Of a stretch of DNA of 64,000 nucleotides, positions 30,173 to 38,413 are shown in pieces; position 1 is the first letter of the stretch, and the number at the start of each line of letters is the position of its first letter. The notes under the pieces were generated by a model. The model had not been told where the DNA came from. It worked only from the letters and a program-made list of their open reading frames with translations, and did not search any database. This stretch comes from an uncultured Candidatus Binatia bacterium (GTDB lineage: Bacteria > Desulfobacterota > Binatia > Bin18), in NCBI GenBank assembly GCA_965214605.1, contig OZ243961.1, forward strand, positions 2,240,001-2,304,000. The letters run 5' to 3'. Position numbers and translations under genes: made by a program.

Positions 30173-30296
30173 GGGTGTCCAAGAAAGCCAGTAAAACTTG
30201 AACGATGCGGGATGCGGCTGGCTTTTTTGTCAGGAAAGAAACCCCGTGAAAACTTCCTGGATGGGGGATGCGGTCGGGGTTTTTGTCAAGGCACCC
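30173..30296. repeat. Tandem pair of covarying hairpin units upstream of the ssb remnant
   Basis: Units 30181-30232 and 30236-30288 share their loop sequence but have different stems that both pair (AAAGCCAG/CTGGCTTT and AAACCCCG/CGGGGTTT). Confidence 0.7.
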
Positions 30297-30326
30297 TACC
30301 TATACCAACCTGCAAGAAATGGCAAA

Positions 30327-30365
30327 CAAAAAAAGGGCTGGTTTCCCAGAGAAGGGAACCAGCCC
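30327..30365 (-). terminator. Rho-independent terminator-like hairpin
   Basis: Minus strand GGGCTGGTTCCC-ttctct-GGGAAACCAGCCC followed by a T-run. Confidence 0.6.
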
Positions 30366-30390
30366 GTCAAAACGCCAATTTCTTACCTAG

Positions 30391-31308
30391 TGATGTTATG
30401 CACTTTTGAGTCATTGAGTCATGAACTGGAGGAGAGACGATGAACAGAGAACTCGCAGACCTCTACAGCGATTACCTCTTGAGTTCCTTCGGAGCAACCA
30501 CCGCAACAGGTCTGTGCAATCGGTAGTGGCTCAACACGCAGGCACCGCTTCAAGCACCAGCACTCACCACCATGTCATGGAACTGAGGTCTAGTAGTCGC
30601 ATTTTTAGTTGAGCGATGCTCGTGCATACTTCCCCGCTGGCCGTCCGAACCTTACGCCATCACTCGCTCATCCGCAATCGCCCCACATTTTGGTAATGCC
30701 TTTTAAGCCTTGGCTTGATTCTGCCTGACTAGTACACCGTCAGCCTGATGAGGTACGGGCGCCGCTGCCGATGAGCCCGCGTCACACGGCCCGCTTTGAT
30801 GCCGAATATGAGCGCAACGGAGTGGGCTGTACTATGCGCCGTTCGAGGATTGGCGCTGGGTCGACGCGGCTGCTGACCACAAGGCGCTGACCTGGGCCGA
30901 AGGGGTTCGCCGGTTGGTCGAAGAAGACTATCCGCGGGCGCAGCACATCACGCTGGTGATGGACAATCTGAGCACCCACAGCGGTGCTTCGCTGTACAAG
31001 GCGTTTGCGCCCGAGCAGGCGCGCGCGTTGTTGGACAAGCTGTCCTTTGTTACACGCCGAAACATGGCAGTTGGCTGAACATGGCTGAGTTGGAGTTCAG
31101 CGTGCTGGCCCGTCAGTGTTTGGCCCGCCGGGTGGCTGACATCGGCACGCTGCACAATCAAGTAAGCGCCTGGACCGAACGCCGTGATCAAACGAGCCAG
31201 CCGGTTCAGTGGCGCTTTACCACCGCTGATGCACGGATCAAGTTGCGCCGCGCAGCTTATATCCGGTCATTAAGAGATTGACGATCTACTAAGTGTTGCG
31301 TCACATCA
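30391..31308 (+). mobile_element. IS701-family element, internally deleted
   Basis: Imperfect terminal IRs TGATGTTATGCA and TGCGTCACATCA, each flanked by TAG; transposase N-terminus MNRELADLYSDYLLSSFGATTATGL at 30440. Confidence 0.7.
30730..31291 (+). mobile_element. IS630-family element, internally deleted, nested in the IS701 remnant
   Basis: Ends TAGTACACCGTCA and TGACGATCTACTA (imperfect IR with TA); fragments EYERNG, LVMDNLSTH, TPKHGSWLNMAELE, WRFTTADARIKL. Confidence 0.88.
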
Positions 31309-31379
31309 TAGCTTTCGTGTAATAAAGTGATCCGCCGGATGGCGCGTGACACACCGATCAAGGAGGATCACATAGCTGT

Positions 31380-31620
31380 CAAGCACGTATGGAGTTCATT
31401 GCAATCCATCTCCGCCATGCCTCACAGGCGAGACCGTGCGTTTTGTAGGCTCAGGAATGAACCATGAAGCGTTCGGGCACTCCGCCCGGAACAAGCAATT
31501 GAACGATTCGATGAAGGTATTGTCCGCGGGCTTGCCCAGGCCGCGAAAAGTCCAGCGTTACCCCTGTTTAACGGTATATGGATGTCCAACTGGCGGAAAA
31601 TGAAATGCTTTCTCTTGGAC
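31380..31620 (-). mobile_element. IS3-family (IS407-like) integrase-core remnant
   Basis: Hand translation across frameshifts: GKPADNTFIESFNCLFRAECPNASWF..LSLQNARSR. Confidence 0.75.
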
Positions 31621-31787
31621 ATGTTTGGAAGGTAGAAGAATTTTAAGCGCGGTCTGACCGCTACGGAAGGCGGCGCGATAGCCGACTACGCGACGTGGGG
31701 CGACCCGGCAGGGCGCTCGACGCCGTTTTGTTTCTCGGGTGGTTGCCGGACAGGGAAGGGCGCGGGCACAAGGGGCTGGGGCAGCCG

Positions 31788-34700
31788 CTATACCCTTATT
31801 TCTTGCCGTATCCTCTTGGTAGCGGCCGGAAGATTGGCGCGAACGATTAGTTCGTTCGCCACGATCACGACAATGCTACCACCACTGTCACGGTAGCGGG
31901 TAATGGCTGAGTCGGCCGGATGGTTTATTGTCAACGGACCCGACAGAGTGATGATGAACTCCTGACCAGTGATCGTCTTTGCCAGTATGGGAGCCGTCAG
32001 GCTTTCCTTGCCGTTATTAATTGGAGCCTCCAACTCGAATTCAACTCCTTCCAGCGCTTGTCGCTGGAGATCGTGGTACAGGAGAGTCGTGGAACTTCGC
32101 AGCCGTTCGGAACTAAATTGTGGTTGTCTTCCTGTCACCAGATACTCAAGCAATTCCGCCCCTACATGCCGATCCAGAAGACCGTGTTCGAATTTGTTCT
32201 TGTAACTGCGCAGGCAACGGTAGCACGATGCGTCGCACCCTTCTGGACAAGCCTTCATCAACAGCAGCGCCCGTTCGAACAGTTCCTGGCCAAGATCGAC
32301 GAGTTGCCTAGAAAATCCCGCTCCTCCGGGCAGCGTGTCGTAGAGAAATATCTCCGCCTCATGGCCTTTCTTCCCGCTTGGAGTCAAGGCCGGCCGAAAC
32401 TCGGCCATCAGTTCTCCCGCCTCCGTCTCAAGGAGCCGGCAAGCCGCCGACACCAGCGCCTCACTAACAGTCCTCAGGGCAACGGCTGTTGAGGAATAAC
32501 CGGGTCGTAAGTTCAGTGGAGGAGCAACACGCATCGAAAACAGCGCAATATCGGTGATGAAATCCGTGCCTAGGACAAGGTGCCGTGTCGGAGTGCCTTC
32601 GCAGATCGTTCTGTTGTCCTCAGGGTAGGGTTTGCGGTGCGGCCCGTTAAGTTTCGGATCGTGATCGTAACCCGATTCAATCCGCCCGCATCTTGTGCAG
32701 TAGACGTAGCCGTTCCTCTTCGGCCCAGTATTCGATACCAGAAGATGTTGTCGGGCCGTGAGTATGCGGATGCGGTCATTGACCGAAGTCCAGCCACCCG
32801 CGTCGCCGGGTGTGCTCATGGTAAGCTTTGCACGGGTCGCATAGCTCGTTTCCGGCATGTCGTCGGGCGAAGTGACTTCTTCAACGTCCAAGGGGTGGGC
32901 AAAACCTGGCGGACGCAGCCAGTAACGGCCGGGACCGAAAGTCCCCTCTCCGCCACAGGCTTCGCAGTCGCGCTTTTCGTTTCGATCCGCCTCGCCGATC
33001 TCAAACGTTCTCGCGAAACCACATTCAAGGCATTCCATATAAATGCGCCTCGAATCCCAGGCCTCCATCCTGGCATCCGGAAAGGCGGAATAGATTGCGC
33101 CGGACGTATAGCATTTGCCTGATATCCAAACCTGCTTGCCGGGTGCATACTGCGTCAGGGCAACCGCTAGGCTCTGGGACGGAGCAAACCGCATGATGGG
33201 GCGAAACCAAGACGAACGATCTTGGTCAAATACGTGAAAAGTGGCGACATCCGTCGGGAACGCGTAGCGGGGAAGCACCCCGCAATAGAGAAGCCGGTCG
33301 AGAAGCTTACCGGAATCCGAAACCTGCCGGGGTCGCTCCTCCTCCGGCTCCGGCGCATCCTCGGTCCGGCTGTCATCATCCGTTTGATTCTCCACGGCGG
33401 TTTCTTCAGAACCTAATCGGATCGCCTCGTCAACCGCTTTCAGGCAGTCTTCCTTCATCTTGAGAAGAAGGTTTTCTCGGTCCCCATCGGAAAGTTCATC
33501 GGGTATCCATGAGCGCACTCGCTCCTGCAAATGCTTCTCATATTCAGTCAGCCAGGCCTCGAAATCACCCCGATTCAGCGCCGCCTTGGAGCCATGGAAT
33601 TCAGAGACAGTGCCGAGCACAGCGAACAGATCGTGCCGCATTTGCGGATCGACTTCCGGAAGCCGATCCTGGTGATAATTCTGCAAGAGGAAGGCGCGGA
33701 TGTGACGGCGAACAATATCCGGGTTATCAAGGGTCAATTTGGGATCGACGACATCGCCGCGAATCATGCCGTCTGGTTCTGAAAAGTAATGTTCATCATG
33801 ACTGTCGGCACTACCGAACGCAACGACCGTAGCAACGGCGTTCCCACGGCGACCCGCCCGTCCGCTGCGTTGCTGGTAGTTCGCACGACTTGGCGGCATA
33901 TTCCGCAAGGCCACACCGGAAAGCGTGCCGATGTCAATACCGACCTCCATGGTCGTCGTACTCGAAAGTACATCGATAGCTGTCGATCCGACTCCCTCGC
34001 TCTCCAGTTGAATATCCTGAAAAAGCAGTTCGTTCTCTTCGGCCTTGGAGAAAACGTCATCATTTTGCGGCGCATTTAACTGAGCCGTGTGCTCGGCGGC
34101 GATGAGGGCCATGGGGCGACGTGGCGGGTTATCAAGCGCCGCTACGACGGGTTTGCGGTAGAATCCTTTGCGGGCCAAAAAGACCAGGTCCATATCTGGA
34201 TCTATACGCCGGACATCCTCCCTGCCACAATCGAGGCAATGTAGCAGTCCCGGCACCGGCCGGTGAACGGACTTGCAACTCGGGCAGTGAGCCCACCCGC
34301 CCTCGAAATGGAGAGACAATTCATTACCTCTGAGACGCATGTACCCGTTCCCGAAATCCTCCGTAAACATCTCCAGCAGTTTCGGAGACCATTGATTCCA
34401 GAAAATCTTCCGAGCCGCCTTGTCTGGAAGAACAGTATCCATGGCCCGAAATTTACCCTTCTGGCCTTTGACCTTCTGATTCCACCATGCTAGGGGCATG
34501 GCGTTCAGCCAGAAACCACGGCGCTGCCAGCAGCGCAGCCAGGCCCGCACAAGCCCCAACCGCGCCTCGGGAGTGTCCACAATTCCTGGAATCCCCGCCA
34601 GGTTTTCAAGGTCGGCGGTATGTTTGCCCCGTTCCCCAATTGAAGCTAGCGCAAGTGCCTCGAAACCAAGAAACCGATCCTGAATGGTTGTGACAATGTT

Positions 34701-37310
34701 GTCGAGCAAGGATTCCGGCGGGCTCTGGTGGTGAAATTCCATATATAGGGTTCCTAAGCCAGTTTCGTTTTTGGTCTGGCCGCTTTGGACTGCCTTTTCC
34801 ACGATGGCATCGGCCTTAAAGCTTTCGCCTGGTTTCATCTCAGGGCGAAGGCGTACATTCAACTCCTTCGACGCCAGCAAAACCGCGAGATAAAGATCAT
34901 CAAGACTCAGATTGGCACCGAAGGCGGGCACACCCTGAAGCCTGCGGTAACCATACGCAATTAGTGGGCGAAGCGAATCACGAACCGAATACATCTGGAG
35001 GTTGGGCGCAAGCCGGGCGGCGACTTGCCTCGAATCGGAAAAGGTCAGTACCTTGCGGCGCTGTAGAGGTGCAAAACGGGTAGGCTCCACGGGAGCCGGC
35101 GGCTGAATTTGAATCTGTTGCGCGACAAGCGCCTGGAAAGGCTGATCGCCTTTAGTCTGATGATCCTGCACGTAGGAGCGGCCAAACCGTGCCGTCTTGT
35201 TGCAAACTGCGCATCTGATGAATCGGCCACGCGCCTCAATTGTCCCAAATTCCTCATCGTCATCATCTTCCATCGAGGCGGCCACGCGGGATCCGTGGAC
35301 AAATACGGTCCGCACGCGCGAACCAAGCACTGGGGGGTTGAGGCGTCCCGTCTCAAGATCGTAGTCGGCGGGTTCAGCCATATCTTCGAGGGTCGGATTT
35401 TCGAGAAGTAGATCCAAGGCCAATAATGGTCCAATATCCCCATCAGCCATGTGGAGTTGCTGTCCCGGCTTGGACCAAAGCGCCGTCGGAACATCAATAT
35501 CATCGGTGTAGGCTTTCGCGTACGCCGTGCCGCAATTGCGGCACGTGTACAATTCCAGAACTCGCGCGCCGCACTCGCAGCGCTCACGAGGTTGACCGAA
35601 CATCTTGCCGCAGATACCGCCCTCGTAACCATCTTCGATTTCGGTGCAATTCGGGTCCATGCATACCCAGAGACCAGGTATTCCTCGGAAAAAATTATGA
35701 ATGCGACAGGGCAAAAGGCCGGGCGTGTCGGGCTCCGTCCGCGCTACACTTCCTAGAGCGATCAGGGCATTAACTGCACTATCAGTTCGTTCAGCAGACA
35801 CTGCCGGGAAAAGTTTCCCCCCGAGTTCCGTCAGTTGCAGCGCCTCCCTCATGGTTAGATTGACGAGTAGCCCCATTGGTCCATAATCCACAAGGGCGTA
35901 ATAAAGTGCGGCCTCAGATTTATCGACACCGGATACACCCCGGTAATCGAGAAGAGGCTGGATGGCGGCAATTCGCTGTGAATCCGTGTCCGCCTTGTAA
36001 TATTCCTCAAGATCGATCAACGAAAGAATTTCTGCATCCTCGCCCGTTCCGGGCGACTCATTGGTTATCAGGTCCAGCGAGCCAGTGATCGCCACAAACG
36101 TGTCTGCGGGAATTCCAGAGATTTGCGTGCCAAACTGCAAAACATATTCCTGGTCCCTGAAACTCGCAGTCGCGCAAATTACCTGCAGGCGCTCTACCGG
36201 AATGCCCAAGCGGTCACGCAGTCGTCTGAGAAGAAGACCGACTTCAGCGCCGGCAGCGCCTCTGTATAGATGAGCCTCGTCGAGAACTACCAGAAACTTT
36301 TCGTCAGGATTGCTCTCAAGCCATTCATGCGTTTTATCGAAAATGGATCGCTCGATAGGACGCATCAACATGTATTCCAGCATCGAATAGTTGGTCACCA
36401 GAATATCTGGGGGCGCCACTTGGACCTCGTGACGTGTAAGCAATTCAGAATCGTCCTGCAACGTGACAGCTCTCTGGAATTCGCCAGACTTTGGGTTTTG
36501 CCACCGGCTGTTTTTTTCACCCAGCCATGCAGCAACATCAGGCTTGGCTGGCCATTTGCCATGTTCTTTCAGGTCCTGTAAAAGATGCCATGCCTTGTTG
36601 CGTTCCTCAGGTTGCCCGGTTTGTGTGCGGCGTTGAATATCCGCGTAGAACTCGTCGAACGATTTGAGTTTCCTGGAGTCTTTCTCCCTGGTGCGGATGC
36701 CTGCATACGGCGTTCTGCTCGTATAACGGGCGAAGCGAGGCGGCCGGCCGGACCAGTCTTTGAACAGCTTTACAATCCTGGGGTCGCCGAACAGGCCCCG
36801 CAACCGCCCAAGTTGGTCGTTAACAAGGGCATTCATCGGATAAAGAATGAGTGCCCGCATGGCTGGTTGACAACCGAAGGAGGTAGGTTTGGTTTTCGCC
36901 TCATGAGCAAGTTTGCCCAAGATCGGCAACAGGAAGGACTCGGTCTTACCAGAACCCGTCCCCGTCATAATGACAAGACTTTTTCCATCGACAAGGCTGC
37001 CACGGATGGCGTCAGATTGATGCCTATATGGTGGGTCGTAAACAAGTTGCGGAAGCCCCTCCTCCTTAAGTGACACGGCCACATAAGCTTCAAGGGCTGC
37101 GGGTGGAAGGCCCTGCATCTTGCTAAAGTTCTCGCCGGTCTGATAACGAGGCGTCGATTCGAGATACGGGGCCTGATGGATCAGGCCGGGACGGTTGAGC
37201 AGTTCTTTCCGCCGAGCGATAAGAGACGGAGCGCTGATATGATAGGTGGCTTCGATATAGTCACTGAGCGAACCGTGAAGCTGCTCGATTGACTCCTGTA
37301 TCGTCTGCAT
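31788..37310 (-). CDS. druE: Druantia DruE-like DEAH helicase with C-terminal DUF1998
   Basis: 1840 aa. GTGSGKTE, YPMNALVNDQ, TNYSMLE, LDEAH, TTTMEVGIDIG, QRSGRAGRR, YDTLPGGAG and the C-x3-C-x3-C-x2-C DUF1998 Zn motif; last gene of an operon headed by a DUF4338 gene. Confidence 0.9.
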   Translation of the reverse strand: MQTIQESIEQLHGSLSDYIEATYHISAPSLIARRKELLNRPGLIHQAPYLESTPRYQTGENFSKMQGLPPAALEAYVAVSLKEEGLPQLVYDPPYRHQSDAIRGSLVDGKSLVIMTGTGSGKTESFLLPILGKLAHEAKTKPTSFGCQPAMRALILYPMNALVNDQLGRLRGLFGDPRIVKLFKDWSGRPPRFARYTSRTPYAGIRTREKDSRKLKSFDEFYADIQRRTQTGQPEERNKAWHLLQDLKEHGKWPAKPDVAAWLGEKNSRWQNPKSGEFQRAVTLQDDSELLTRHEVQVAPPDILVTNYSMLEYMLMRPIERSIFDKTHEWLESNPDEKFLVVLDEAHLYRGAAGAEVGLLLRRLRDRLGIPVERLQVICATASFRDQEYVLQFGTQISGIPADTFVAITGSLDLITNESPGTGEDAEILSLIDLEEYYKADTDSQRIAAIQPLLDYRGVSGVDKSEAALYYALVDYGPMGLLVNLTMREALQLTELGGKLFPAVSAERTDSAVNALIALGSVARTEPDTPGLLPCRIHNFFRGIPGLWVCMDPNCTEIEDGYEGGICGKMFGQPRERCECGARVLELYTCRNCGTAYAKAYTDDIDVPTALWSKPGQQLHMADGDIGPLLALDLLLENPTLEDMAEPADYDLETGRLNPPVLGSRVRTVFVHGSRVAASMEDDDDEEFGTIEARGRFIRCAVCNKTARFGRSYVQDHQTKGDQPFQALVAQQIQIQPPAPVEPTRFAPLQRRKVLTFSDSRQVAARLAPNLQMYSVRDSLRPLIAYGYRRLQGVPAFGANLSLDDLYLAVLLASKELNVRLRPEMKPGESFKADAIVEKAVQSGQTKNETGLGTLYMEFHHQSPPESLLDNIVTTIQDRFLGFEALALASIGERGKHTADLENLAGIPGIVDTPEARLGLVRAWLRCWQRRGFWLNAMPLAWWNQKVKGQKGKFRAMDTVLPDKAARKIFWNQWSPKLLEMFTEDFGNGYMRLRGNELSLHFEGGWAHCPSCKSVHRPVPGLLHCLDCGREDVRRIDPDMDLVFLARKGFYRKPVVAALDNPPRRPMALIAAEHTAQLNAPQNDDVFSKAEENELLFQDIQLESEGVGSTAIDVLSSTTTMEVGIDIGTLSGVALRNMPPSRANYQQRSGRAGRRGNAVATVVAFGSADSHDEHYFSEPDGMIRGDVVDPKLTLDNPDIVRRHIRAFLLQNYHQDRLPEVDPQMRHDLFAVLGTVSEFHGSKAALNRGDFEAWLTEYEKHLQERVRSWIPDELSDGDRENLLLKMKEDCLKAVDEAIRLGSEETAVENQTDDDSRTEDAPEPEEERPRQVSDSGKLLDRLLYCGVLPRYAFPTDVATFHVFDQDRSSWFRPIMRFAPSQSLAVALTQYAPGKQVWISGKCYTSGAIYSAFPDARMEAWDSRRIYMECLECGFARTFEIGEADRNEKRDCEACGGEGTFGPGRYWLRPPGFAHPLDVEEVTSPDDMPETSYATRAKLTMSTPGDAGGWTSVNDRIRILTARQHLLVSNTGPKRNGYVYCTRCGRIESGYDHDPKLNGPHRKPYPEDNRTICEGTPTRHLVLGTDFITDIALFSMRVAPPLNLRPGYSSTAVALRTVSEALVSAACRLLETEAGELMAEFRPALTPSGKKGHEAEIFLYDTLPGGAGFSRQLVDLGQELFERALLLMKACPEGCDASCYRCLRSYKNKFEHGLLDRHVGAELLEYLVTGRQPQFSSERLRSSTTLLYHDLQRQALEGVEFELEAPINNGKESLTAPILAKTITGQEFIITLSGPLTINHPADSAITRYRDSGGSIVVIVANELIVRANLPAATKRIRQEIRV

Positions 37311-37321
37311 TCCCGCTCCCT

Positions 37322-38404
37322 TTACCCCGCGTCATTCAGACGCGAGAGCCAAAGCCGTTCCTGAAGGAAACGTTCCTCGCTTTCCGCCGCCTTCGCCGGA
37401 AGCCAATACGACATCAGACTACGTTGCCGAGGCGCCGAAGCTCCAAAAATCATGAGACGCCGCTGCGACCACTCCGGCAAGGGCGCATAGAAATCCAGCC
37501 GGACACCATCACCATCATGCTTGCGCCGGTAGACCTGAGGGCTTTGGCGACAATGGTCAATTGCCATTTGCAGATGCCACGCTTCATCACAGCCACGCCA
37601 TCGGGATTTCTTGAGTGGCAGATCCAGAATCCGAACAACCGTTCCCGCCTTCAACTCGGCAAAGCACCAGATGGGCGCTCCATACTCTTGGGGGCGCCTC
37701 GCCACGAAGACGCCCGTCCGGTTTCCGGGGTGGCCCCAACGTCCGCGATAGTAGGTAACGGGTTGTTCAGGGTCCAGAACCTCTAGGTCATTGATAGCGC
37801 CGCTTGGCGGTTGCTCCAGAAGCCGTCGGGTAAACCGGCCCAAATGATCTCTGGGAGATTCCATTTTCGGACTTTTGAGCCATACATCCATGGTCAATTG
37901 TTGCAGTCCCAACTCACGCAACGCGCTGGGCAAATCCTCATCAGATTCAGGTGCAATCACTCGGGTCAAGCCATCATAGGTGATACGGGATGCCAGTGAT
38001 TGCGGCAGGTAAACATCCTGATCGGGAACAATACCAAGAAGAAAAATGTCTCCACGTGTCCTCAAGACAAAACTTGGCGGGGCGGCGAACACCCAAGTTC
38101 CCCTGACCTCGGGGTCAACAGCTGTGACGTCATGAAGTTCCAGAAAATCTCCCCCTATGATAAGGCCCTCGATTGCCGTGTCGACGCGTTCGGACAGATC
38201 TGTTCCGGCCGTGGAAAGGTGTTGAAGACTTTCGAGGAGGGATGCGCGCAGAGTGGTGCGGGAGCAGGGGCAATGGATACCCGCGCCACGCCGGAGCAAA
38301 GCGGCGAGCACAGTATCGTCCAGGGGGTTTTCCGGATCATTGGTCAGACCCAGCATTTGCCGGCATTCGGTGAGCACGTCAGCTTTCGTTACACGGGTAA
38401 TCAT
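37322..38404 (-). CDS. Druantia accessory protein, probable DruD
   Basis: 360-aa ORF, 9-11 bp from its neighbours, immediately upstream of druE. Assigned by synteny and size only. Confidence 0.65.
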   Translation of the reverse strand: MITRVTKADVLTECRQMLGLTNDPENPLDDTVLAALLRRGAGIHCPCSRTTLRASLLESLQHLSTAGTDLSERVDTAIEGLIIGGDFLELHDVTAVDPEVRGTWVFAAPPSFVLRTRGDIFLLGIVPDQDVYLPQSLASRITYDGLTRVIAPESDEDLPSALRELGLQQLTMDVWLKSPKMESPRDHLGRFTRRLLEQPPSGAINDLEVLDPEQPVTYYRGRWGHPGNRTGVFVARRPQEYGAPIWCFAELKAGTVVRILDLPLKKSRWRGCDEAWHLQMAIDHCRQSPQVYRRKHDGDGVRLDFYAPLPEWSQRRLMIFGASAPRQRSLMSYWLPAKAAESEERFLQERLWLSRLNDAG

Positions 38405-38413
38405 GGCTTCGGC

